From a virus, in the IMG/VR virus record IMGVR_UViG_3300042786_000001: a DNA stretch of 37,359 nt, one strand, 5' to 3'. Under the pieces are notes generated by a model that saw only the letters and a list, made by a program, of their open reading frames with translations, was not told the DNA's origin and did not search any database. A program made the translations under genes and the position numbers. How positions within the stretch are numbered: the first letter of the stretch is position 1; every line of letters starts with the position of its first letter. Shown here in pieces: positions 31,058 through 37,359 of this stretch.

Positions 31058-31173
31058 ATGTTTTCCTCCCTCTCTGCCCTCTTATCTACCCACATAAAAC
31101 ACATTTCATGCATACCGTCAATTTCTTTTTCATCAGGCTTAATTTCTTGCTTACACTTTTTACATATTTTCAT
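31054..31173 (-). CDS. 39-aa Cys-containing mini-protein
   Basis: Own translation: MKICKKCKQEIKPDEKEIDGMHEMCFMWVDKRAEREENI. AGGAGGAAGCT lies upstream of the ATG. Confidence 0.45.
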   Translation of the reverse strand: MKICKKCKQEIKPDEKEIDGMHEMCFMWVDKRAEREENI

Positions 31174-31187
31174 AGCTTCCTCCTTTT

Positions 31188-31379
31188 CTATTTAATTTTA
31201 TATTTATCTAAAAAATCAAATATTATAAAACCCGCTTGGATTATAAAAACTATTGCATATATTGAAGTTATTGTCATAATTCCGCCAAATAATAAATCGA
31301 ACGCCCACTCGTCTAACTTATGTGCATACTTGTTAAAAAATATCCATAAAACAATTAAGCTAATAGTTAGTGAAATCAT
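31188..31379 (-). CDS. Small two-TM membrane protein (63 aa)
   Basis: ORF track. Hydrophobic segments LTISLIVLWIFF and ITSIYAIVFIIQAGFIIF. Confidence 0.5.
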   Translation of the reverse strand: MISLTISLIVLWIFFNKYAHKLDEWAFDLLFGGIMTITSIYAIVFIIQAGFIIFDFLDKYKIK

Positions 31380-31380
31380 A

Positions 31381-31560
31381 TTATAACCCCTTTCTAATTT
31401 TAAGCAACCATTCAGCAGGTTTGTCAGTTAACTTTTCCATTGTGTCAAAAAACTTAATTATAATTTTAGGTAGATTTTTAGGATACTTTTTATTTTTAAT
31501 AGCTGCGTATTGGTCTGGATGATCAACTTTTAATTCTTCTTCAATGGAAACTTTAAGCAA
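31381..31560 (-). CDS. Small hypothetical protein (59 aa, TTG start)
   Basis: Own translation: (M)LKVSIEEELKVDHPDQYAAIKNKKYPKNLPKIIIKFFDTMEKLTDKPAEWLLKIRKGL. A GGGGGG run lies 8 nt upstream, and the ORF fills a 194-nt gap. Confidence 0.4.
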   Translation of the reverse strand: MLKVSIEEELKVDHPDQYAAIKNKKYPKNLPKIIIKFFDTMEKLTDKPAEWLLKIRKGL

Positions 31561-31573
31561 TTTAATCGCCCCC

Positions 31574-32377
31574 CTAATTATCTGACATCATTTTTAATTC
31601 GCATTGGCCTTCAGCAGTCTTTTCTTTGCGCCCTCCATTTATCCACCATTCCATTACTTCTTCACCGGTTTTCCATTGTGTTTCTTTACCTCTGCGATTT
31701 CTTTCTTCTAACATTCTCTCAAATGTTCTAATATAATTTTGATAAAACTTAGGGTATTTGTGTGCTTCAAATTTCATTTGTCGCTTATTGGCAAGCGGGC
31801 ACATTATACAACCTAATCTATCAAATCCTTCATCATATAATTTACAGTAGTTTAAGTTTTGTTCTTCAATGAAATCCCAAACATCTTTATCCGACCAGTT
31901 GATAATCGGGTTAAGATAAAACTTATCACTTTTTCTAGTATCTTGCTCAAAAACACACCTATTTGCTCTATTATTACTTTCGGCTCGTCTGACGCCTGTG
32001 ACAACTATTTTTCTACCATTGCCGCCTTGTTCTTTTAGCACATCACAACAATATCTAACCATTCTAGTAGGAGGCATTAATTTTCTAGGTATAAGTTCCC
32101 ACATGGTTTCTTCTGGATGGTGCATTTCTACATCTGGATGTTCATTTCTAATATAATTAACTAACTCTGGAGGATCAACAGTAGTCATATTATAATGAGC
32201 ATCATATTTAACCTCTGCCATATCGGCAAGCGTTTTTATAACAAGACTATCCTTCCCACCACTAAAAGCTAAATAATAACCTTCATCTATTTGGTGCATT
32301 TGCAAAGCAATTACTGATTGTTTAACTTTATCCTCAAATTCCATTCCATCTTCACCAATTTTAGCTCTTTGTAACAT
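31574..32377 (-). CDS. PAPS reductase / PP-loop ATP pyrophosphatase family protein
   Basis: 267 aa. It has the PP-loop YLAFSGGKDSLVI and a later Cys pair (RYCCDVLKE, GCIMCP). The start could be M1 or M12. Confidence 0.7.
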   Translation of the reverse strand: MLQRAKIGEDGMEFEDKVKQSVIALQMHQIDEGYYLAFSGGKDSLVIKTLADMAEVKYDAHYNMTTVDPPELVNYIRNEHPDVEMHHPEETMWELIPRKLMPPTRMVRYCCDVLKEQGGNGRKIVVTGVRRAESNNRANRCVFEQDTRKSDKFYLNPIINWSDKDVWDFIEEQNLNYCKLYDEGFDRLGCIMCPLANKRQMKFEAHKYPKFYQNYIRTFERMLEERNRRGKETQWKTGEEVMEWWINGGRKEKTAEGQCELKMMSDN

Positions 32378-32378
32378 T

Positions 32379-32528
32379 TTAATTCACTTCCCAAGCATCT
32401 AATACTTCTTTATTAGAATGATCAAGCTCAAATTTATTTATTCCTTTTTCAAAACTTTCAGCTTTAATTGAAGATTGTCCTTGATATTTACTTTCTTTAT
32501 CAACATAATAAATTAATATTTCTTTCAT
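32379..32528 (-). CDS. Small hypothetical protein (49 aa), below the ORF-track cutoff
   Basis: Own translation: MKEILIYYVDKESKYQGQSSIKAENFEKGINKFELDHSNKEVLDAWEVN. GAGGTGA lies 7 nt upstream. It is the first ORF after the promoter at 32550..32578. Confidence 0.45.
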   Translation of the reverse strand: MKEILIYYVDKESKYQGQSSIKAESFEKGINKFELDHSNKEVLDAWEVN

Positions 32529-32549
32529 TTTCATCACCTCTTACTTAAT

Positions 32550-32578
32550 ATTATACAGCACATATTCCAAAAAGTCAA
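32550..32578 (-). promoter_or_regulatory. Consensus-like sigma-A promoter: TTGACT, 17-nt spacer, TATAAT
   Basis: The minus strand reads TTGACTttttggaatatgtgctgTATAAT. The -35 is at 32573..32578 and the -10 at 32550..32555. It lies in the gap after dnaB. Confidence 0.65.
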
Positions 32579-32591
32579 GCTATTTTAATAA

Positions 32592-33923
32592 TTATTTTCT
32601 TAAAATTTCAATTTTATTTTTCATTCCCATATCCAGCTCATAACCATCCTCCCAACGAACAATATCTTTGTAGAAATACATCTTGCAGACACCTGTCCCC
32701 GATGTTCTTCCTTTCTCCTGTATCATCTCGCCTAATACTCTATTCCCTCTAGTTTTGTTCTGTTTTTCAATAGACTTTTCTTCTAAATAATCCGGTCTGT
32801 GCAACAACCATATTTCATCAGCTGTTTCCTCAATTTCACCGCCACCTCTCATATCGCTCATTTGTGGTCGCTTGCCTTCTTTGTGATTACTTCTTGTCAA
32901 CTGCGAAACTAGAATAATCGGCACATTAAGCTGTAATGCAAGACTTCTAAGGCTTCGACATATACCACCTATTTCTCGCACCATATTAGCTCTCTTGTCA
33001 TATCCTATATTTTGCAGATAATCTACAACTATCACATCGAGTTGGCCCATATCCTTGTTAATTTTTCTGCAAACAGCTGCGATGTCATCAACATTCATAT
33101 TTCTTTTTTCGCTGATGAATAAGTTTTTCTCATACTTATCTAATATATTATAAGCATTAGCAATAGCATTTTGTTGAACCTCTGATAACTTTTGAGCCTT
33201 GTCATAATCATTAGCAGGCACACAACTTTCGCTAACTATTAAGCGATCAACCACTTCTTTTGCGTCCATTTCAAGCGATATCATAGCTGCTTTGCCACCA
33301 TTGAATAATATATTTCTCATCACCTTAATCGCAAAAGCTGTCTTACCTACCGACGAGTTAGCTCCTAATACCGTAAGGTGTTTTCGCTTAAGTCCGCCCC
33401 ACTTGTTGTCTATCTGATACAATCCAGTCTTAACGCTATCATCACCTTCACCTTCTAATCGCTCCACATAGTTGCCATACGCCTTGATTAGAGCATCGCC
33501 AAGCAGGTAGTTAGTTTCGTCATTATCCAGCTCTGAAGTAACTTTAAATATCATTTCTTGCGATTTGTGTAGATACTCGTCAATATCTAAATCTTTCTTT
33601 TTTGCTAAGTTATAAATATCTTTGCTGACGCTTTTTAGATTGTGTCTAATATAATTTTTGTGCAGCAAATCTAAACTATCATCAAACTCGTGAAATAAGT
33701 CTTTTTCTGGCAGTTCGTCAGCAGCAACTTCTACTTCAGTCGCTAGCTTAACTATGCTTAACTGTTCGTTATTATTCCTTTTTTTAACTATCCAATTATA
33801 TATTTTCTTCATCTTATTATCAGTAAAATAATTAGGTTTACATTTTTGTATTAAATCATCAGCTAACTCTGGATCGGCAAGTGTTGCAGCTATCACATTT
33901 TTTTCTAACTCAATTTGGTTCAA
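32592..33923 (-). CDS. dnaB: Replicative DNA helicase, DnaB family
   Basis: 443 aa. Walker A GANSSVGKTAF, Walker B VIVVDYLQ, SQLTRS and a DnaB-type N-terminal domain. Confidence 0.9.
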   Translation of the reverse strand: MNQIELEKNVIAATLADPELADDLIQKCKPNYFTDNKMKKIYNWIVKKRNNNEQLSIVKLATEVEVAADELPEKDLFHEFDDSLDLLHKNYIRHNLKSVSKDIYNLAKKKDLDIDEYLHKSQEMIFKVTSELDNDETNYLLGDALIKAYGNYVERLEGEGDDSVKTGLYQIDNKWGGLKRKHLTVLGANSSVGKTAFAIKVMRNILFNGGKAAMISLEMDAKEVVDRLIVSESCVPANDYDKAQKLSEVQQNAIANAYNILDKYEKNLFISEKRNMNVDDIAAVCRKINKDMGQLDVIVVDYLQNIGYDKRANMVREIGGICRSLRSLALQLNVPIILVSQLTRSNHKEGKRPQMSDMRGGGEIEETADEIWLLHRPDYLEEKSIEKQNKTRGNRVLGEMIQEKGRTSGTGVCKMYFYKDIVRWEDGYELDMGMKNKIEILRK

Positions 33924-33925
33924 AC

Positions 33926-34420
33926 TTATTCCCCCTCATAATATTCGCACTCATCTAGATTATAATCAAATCTGCATCTACCTACACTACATATTCTACA
34001 AAATTCATCTCTAACATTTTTAGGTTCTTCACCGGTGAATTTTGACCTGTATTCTGTAAATGTTCCAAACTCTTTTTTGAAAAAATATAGTGATGGATAT
34101 TCTATCATTTTTTCTTTAGCAAAATAAACTATACCTTTATAATCTAATATCCCATTTTTAATACACTTTAAAGTTACATAATTTATCTCATCAATATCAA
34201 ATTTATCATGAAAATTGGTTGATTGTTTTTTAAGTTTATCTTCTCCAAAAACTTCAATTATCATATTATTCCAACTATCATATACTTTGTAGATAGTATG
34301 CAGGCTTGGATATTTATCATTATGTGCTGAAAAATCTTGAAATTTTACACTTGAAAAACTATTCATTTCCTTTTTAGCTTTTATAATGACTTTTGGAATA
34401 TTATCCTTATTCCATTGCAA
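33926..34420 (-). CDS. Hypothetical protein with two internal YPSL-containing repeats and a C-terminal Cys cluster (TTG start). Candidate helicase-associated factor
   Basis: 164 aa. GGAGGTG lies 5 nt upstream of the TTG. The repeats are KYPSLHTIYKVYDSWNNMI and EYPSLYFFKKEFGTFTEYR, followed by CRICSVGRCRFDYNLDEC. It lies directly upstream of dnaB. Confidence 0.5.
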   Translation of the reverse strand: MQWNKDNIPKVIIKAKKEMNSFSSVKFQDFSAHNDKYPSLHTIYKVYDSWNNMIIEVFGEDKLKKQSTNFHDKFDIDEINYVTLKCIKNGILDYKGIVYFAKEKMIEYPSLYFFKKEFGTFTEYRSKFTGEEPKNVRDEFCRICSVGRCRFDYNLDECEYYEGE

Positions 34421-34451
34421 GTTATCACCTCCTTTCTAAGTATAGCATAAA

Positions 34452-34640
34452 TTATTTATTTTGTCTAATTGTAAATTCTAATGCTTCTTTAGCGATTAAG
34501 TTATAATTATCAGTTATAAATTTATTAATAACTTCTTCATCAACGCCACAATCTTTCAACTTATTAGCCGTTCTTATAATATCTAATTTATAATCATCCC
34601 ACCACTTATAAAACTCAACATGTACTTCTGGTAATTCCAT
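34452..34640 (-). CDS. Hypothetical protein (62 aa)
   Basis: ORF track. Confidence 0.45.
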   Translation of the reverse strand: MELPEVHVEFYKWWDDYKLDIIRTANKLKDCGVDEEVINKFITDNYNLIAKEALEFTIRQNK

Positions 34641-34654
34641 TTTTATATCCCCCT

Positions 34655-35062
34655 TTAATTTTCAACTGGATTAATAACTTTATCATTATCAATAATAAAT
34701 GGCTCACCCTGCTTATAATTGCTATATGTGCCGTGTATTACAAAACCCGCCATATAATTAGCGCCTTTACTTGCATCACTCTGACATATCTTTTTGGCCT
34801 TCTCCAGTGATATATTCTCATTACATAATCGCTTTGAACCTCTAGCACCACGTTTGCTGAAAATAAATACATCATAAGTCTGCTGATTAAGGTATTTATT
34901 AATTATTTGCTTATCAAAGTTTCCCCTAACATTTGCAATATCTATTTCATCATCAATGTTAATGTAATTATTATCAATTGCCCATTTAATCAAAAATCTA
35001 TCTGGATCATTATAAGTTTCGGCTTCTTTGAGATAAGTTTCAACTTTAACTTTCGCTAACAT
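34655..35062 (-). CDS. Hypothetical protein (135 aa)
   Basis: ORF track. Confidence 0.5.
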   Translation of the reverse strand: MLAKVKVETYLKEAETYNDPDRFLIKWAIDNNYINIDDEIDIANVRGNFDKQIINKYLNQQTYDVFIFSKRGARGSKRLCNENISLEKAKKICQSDASKGANYMAGFVIHGTYSNYKQGEPFIIDNDKVINPVEN

Positions 35063-35230
35063 TTAATCACTCTTTTCCTCAAATTTAATCCAATTAGCAT
35101 ATTTATTTTCAATGTAACCTACATTTGTTTCATTTAATATTTCACCTTCATCATTAATTTGCTGCAAAACTATGTGTTTGAGAGTGGCTGATGGAGTTTC
35201 ATGATTTTTAAGTTTTAATTTAAATTTCAT
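35063..35230 (-). CDS. Small hypothetical protein (55 aa), below the ORF-track cutoff
   Basis: Own translation: MKFKLKLKNHETPSATLKHIVLQQINDEGEILNETNVGYIENKYANWIKFEEKSD. Its stop abuts the next ATG. The RBS is weak. Confidence 0.35.
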   Translation of the reverse strand: MKFKLKLKNHETPSATLKHIVLQQINDEGEILNETNVGYIENKYANWIKFEEKSD

Positions 35231-35231
35231 G

Positions 35232-35444
35232 CTATATCAACTCTTTTTTAATTCTATTTTCAATAATTTTTTCTGCTTCTGCAAATGATAATTCGTTCAT
35301 CGATAATTTTATTTTGCCTTTAATTTTTCCATAGTTCCCTAATGCAATATATTCTACATTATACTCGTTAACCATCAAATCATACTTTTCAACAGAGCTA
35401 ACATCAATTATGTCAGCTTCTACACTTTTAATTAATACTTTCAT
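35232..35444 (-). CDS. Hypothetical protein (70 aa)
   Basis: ORF track. Confidence 0.45.
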   Translation of the reverse strand: MKVLIKSVEADIIDVSSVEKYDLMVNEYNVEYIALGNYGKIKGKIKLSMNELSFAEAEKIIENRIKKELI

Positions 35445-35445
35445 T

Positions 35446-36246
35446 TTATTCCTCCCTCAAATCTGCATAATAGTCTATTTCTTCTTCGGGCTGGTTAAGT
35501 GTGTAACCTTTATCTTCTTTCATTCTAGTTTCCAACTTAACTGCCTGTTTCCGCAACTTACTTGCTGATAATATATTCTTATACCAGAAATCATCCTCCT
35601 GACACCAATCAATTATCTCCTTAATTTCATCCCAACTATATCCACTATCCCCACCAACTGTGCCTAATCTATGAAGACGGTCCATTGCTAACGACCAACT
35701 TTGCATAGCTTTTGCAGAATCTTTAGGAACGGGCTGGTTAGGTATGTTAGACTTAATTTTCTTTTTGAGATACATTGCTAACTGATAAGGTTTGCTGTTT
35801 TTATCAAATTTAACTTTATCGTTCTGACTTTTAGAGTCGGAACAAGAAGTATTACTTTGTTTATTAGTTCTTTGTTCAATGTGTTCTTTATTTATATCCC
35901 CCTTTTCCACCTTTGGATTATCCACACTTGGTTTTTCTAAGTCTGGATTTTCTAACTGTGGAGTTTCATAAACTTCATACTCATGAACAAACTTTCCTTC
36001 ATCATTTTTATACTTTCTATAAACTATATAACCAGCTTCTTTTAATTCTTTAATGCCGCTTCTAAGTGATGTTATACCATCGCTGGCGTGTCTTTTGATC
36101 TCGCTAGTCTTAACCTCCCAGTCTGGTGGCAATGATAATAAATAGACAAGTATTCCTCTAGCTTTCCAACTAAGACCATCGTCTTGCAATGTATTATTAT
36201 CTAATACTGTAAAATTATCTTCTTTTTTGTTGCGATATACGCCCAT
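35446..36246 (-). CDS. Winged-helix replisome organizer / replication initiator-like protein, copy 2
   Basis: 266 aa. The N-terminal wHTH is LSWKARGILVYLLSLPPDWEVKTSEIKRHASDGITSLRSGIKELKEAGYIVYRK. The linker is repeat-bearing, and the DnaD-like C-domain is PYQLAMYL...WSLAMDRLHRL...FWYKNILSASKLRKQ. It ends EEIDYYADLREE. Confidence 0.65.
   Translation of the reverse strand: MGVYRNKKEDNFTVLDNNTLQDDGLSWKARGILVYLLSLPPDWEVKTSEIKRHASDGITSLRSGIKELKEAGYIVYRKYKNDEGKFVHEYEVYETPQLENPDLEKPSVDNPKVEKGDINKEHIEQRTNKQSNTSCSDSKSQNDKVKFDKNSKPYQLAMYLKKKIKSNIPNQPVPKDSAKAMQSWSLAMDRLHRLGTVGGDSGYSWDEIKEIIDWCQEDDFWYKNILSASKLRKQAVKLETRMKEDKGYTLNQPEEEIDYYADLREE
35899..35958 (-). repeat. Four tandem 15-bp repeats (iteron-like) inside the organizer gene linker
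   Basis: Minus strand: CAGTTAGAAAATCCA / GACTTAGAAAAACCA / AGTGTGGATAATCCA / AAGGTGGAAAAGGGG. The first two match at 12/15 and the last two are degenerate. They encode the peptide QLENP-DLEKP-SVDNP-KVEKG. Confidence 0.55.
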
Positions 36247-36785
36247 TAAATCACTTCCTCATGTTCAGCTTCATTTTTAATATAATTTACATCATTTTTA
36301 TCTAATCTAAACCACTCACCATTAACTCTTTTATTTTCGAATTTATTATGAAGAAATTTTTCTAACTTATAAATAGCTTTGTGTTTTATTTTATTTTCAA
36401 CAGTTATATTAAATGGAAGTTTTGGAGTTAATTGATTAAGCCTTTTATCCATATTAGTGGTAACTCCGATTTTATAAATATTATCTTCTTTAGATTTCAA
36501 CAAATAAACTATTCCCTCTTTATATTTTGTTTTATTTTTATTTCTATTGACAGCGTCTTCATATGTTTTATTGACAAACTCTCTAGCTTCATTATTTTCG
36601 TTTTTAATATAATCTTCATCAGCTAATTCTAAATATTTCTGCATTTCTTTAATCATTTCTTTTACCTCTGTTTTTGGTGGCATCTCTAAACCACCATTGA
36701 TAAATACTTTAACTTTTTCACCTTCGATTGAAATTTCTTTAACCATAAACGGCATATGCTCTCTAAAATATTTCACACTTATCAC
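36246..36785 (-). CDS. T5orf172 / MUG113 (GIY-YIG superfamily-like) domain protein, copy 2
   Basis: 179 aa. C-terminal GIVYLLKSKEDNIYKIGVTTNMDKRLNQLTPKLPFNITVENKIKHKAIYKLEKFLHNKFENKRVNGEWFRLDKNDVNYI. Its stop overlaps the start of the organizer gene. Confidence 0.6.
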   Translation of the reverse strand: MISVKYFREHMPFMVKEISIEGEKVKVFINGGLEMPPKTEVKEMIKEMQKYLELADEDYIKNENNEAREFVNKTYEDAVNRNKNKTKYKEGIVYLLKSKEDNIYKIGVTTNMDKRLNQLTPKLPFNITVENKIKHKAIYKLEKFLHNKFENKRVNGEWFRLDKNDVNYIKNEAEHEEVI

Positions 36786-36793
36786 TCCATTTT

Positions 36794-36955
36794 TTAATAT
36801 TTTATTTCTTCTAAATATTCGTCTAGATCGTCTTCTTTAATTCTAAATCCTTTACCAACTTTGTAAGCATCAATCTTTCTTTCTCTAATGTATCTTCTAA
36901 CTGTATCTGGATGCAAATCTAATATTTTTGCAACTTCCTCAACTTTATAAAACAT
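36794..36955 (-). CDS. Excisionase/MerR-type HTH DNA-binding protein (53 aa), first gene of the early operon
   Basis: Own translation: MFYKVEEVAKILDLHPDTVRRYIRERKIDAYKVGKGFRIKEDDLDEYLEEIKY. AGGGGAGGGAAAGAG lies upstream of the ATG. It is below the ORF-track cutoff. Confidence 0.65.
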   Translation of the reverse strand: MFYKVEEVAKILDLHPDTVRRYIRERKIDAYKVGKGFRIKEDDLDEYLEEIKY

Positions 36956-36979
36956 CTCTTTCCCTCCCCTCTACTTTAT

Positions 36980-37014
36980 ATTATATCATATAATCTTATA
37001 TTATCAAGTGATAA
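36980..37014 (-). promoter_or_regulatory. Early promoter (TTGATA, 16-nt spacer, TGaTATAAT) overlapped by the perfect palindrome TTATCA-N2-TGATAA
   Basis: The minus strand reads cTTATCActTGATAatataagattatatgaTATAAT. The -35 is at 37002..37007, the -10 at 36980..36985 and the palindrome at 37001..37014. Confidence 0.65.
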
Positions 37015-37032
37015 GTGCATGAATAATGCAAT

Positions 37033-37359
37033 TTATTTTAATAGTTTTCTATCCAACTCATTACAACACTTTCTAACCAACTTTTTAATCTGCTTGTAAT
37101 CCTCTCTACCACCCTTAAAATCCTTAGCTAACTCTATACATTTATCCTCTAATTCATCTGGATATTCAAAGTAAAACTTTAACTCTCTTTGCTGTTGTCT
37201 ATTTAAGTTATCTAATAGCCTCTTAATAGCCTTTTTAGCTTTCAGTAGGTGTTTATACCTTCTTTCAGCATGAAGGCGTAAATCAGCTATTTGTATGGCT
37301 CTAGCACCTACTGCGTCATAGTTGCTGTTCTGCTGTACATAAATCTTATCATAGTCAAT
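37033..37359 (-). CDS. C-terminal part of the wrap-around ORF (see 1..265); stop TAA at 37033..37035
   Basis: Own translation: ...KAKKAIKRLLDNLNRQQQRELKFYFEYPDELEDKCIELAKDFKGGREDYKQIKKLVRKCCNELDRKLLK. Bases 37233..37359 duplicate 1..127. Confidence 0.5.
   Translation of the reverse strand: MDYDKIYVQQNSNYDAVGARAIQIADLRLHAERRYKHLLKAKKAIKRLLDNLNRQQQRELKFYFEYPDELEDKCIELAKDFKGGREDYKQIKKLVRKCCNELDRKLLK
37233..37359. repeat. Right copy of the exact 127-bp terminal direct repeat
   Basis: Identical to 1..127 on direct reading. Confidence 0.95.

Noticed and set aside
1028-36626. All plus-strand ORFs in the track (for example 1028..1210, 6967..7458, 10536..11135, 26121..26384 and 30994..31386)
   Set aside because: Each lies antisense to a longer, motif-supported minus-strand gene or to the tRNAs. 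They have low-complexity Ser/Leu/Phe-rich translations, lack RBSs, and several span tRNA genes. I treat them as antisense artefacts of an AT-rich genome.
37016-37032. Small hairpin TGCAT-tattc-ATGCA after the wrap-around ORF as a terminator
   Set aside because: It has only a 5-bp AT-rich stem and no downstream U-run on the transcribed strand.
1-37359. Search for CRISPR arrays, a DGR (reverse transcriptase plus template/variable repeats), an integrase/attP, and toxin-antitoxin pairs
   Set aside because: No regularly spaced repeats, no RT-like or recombinase-like ORF, and no convincing TA pair were seen. The only RHH protein is fused to a TM helix and has no adjacent toxin-like partner.

Overview
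The window is a complete dsDNA tailed-phage genome of about 37.2 kb. Its first and last 127 bp are identical, so the contig closes into a circle with a unique length of 37232 bp. It is AT-rich by eye, and most genes have strong GGAGG-type ribosome-binding sites, which fits a low-GC Gram-positive host. Every credible gene lies on the minus strand. The plus-strand ORFs in the track look like antisense artefacts.

Gene order in transcription direction (high to low coordinates):
- Early promoter with a palindromic operator (about 36980..37014).
- Small excisionase/MerR-type HTH protein.
- T5orf172 (GIY-YIG-like) protein plus a winged-helix replisome-organizer-like protein carrying internal iteron-like repeats.
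- DnaB-type helicase.
- PAPS-reductase-family protein.
- A run of small zinc-ribbon genes, then SSB and RuvC.
- An accessory block with two paralogous 183/187-aa proteins.
- A tRNA trio (Leu-UAA, Tyr-GUA, Leu-UAG).
- A metallophosphatase island, then tRNA-Thr.
- A second, separately promoted T5orf172 plus organizer-like gene pair.
- Small membrane proteins.
- TerS, TerL, portal, MuF-like protein, scaffold, major capsid, connectors, major tail protein.
- G/GT chaperone with an A_AAA_AAC -1 frameshift site, then the tape measure protein.
- A 1015-aa tail tip/receptor-binding protein and a collar-domain fibre.
- Lysis cassette, followed by a strand-specific terminator.
- A perfect consensus promoter, then an operon with a PD-(D/E)XK exonuclease, an ERF recombinase and YopX.
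- An ORF that wraps across the contig junction.

I saw no integrase, CI-type repressor, reverse transcriptase or CRISPR array.

The most unusual observations are:
- The duplicated nuclease-like/initiator-like gene pair, whose two organizer-like proteins share a DYYADL C-terminal tail encoded by 15 identical nucleotides.
- Two Leu-anticodon tRNAs that lack the long variable arm.
- Two structured non-coding segments flanking tRNA-Thr.
- A RuvC gene with no canonical start codon.
- Two near-identical operator-like promoter elements.

All family names come from motif recognition by eye. No database search was run.
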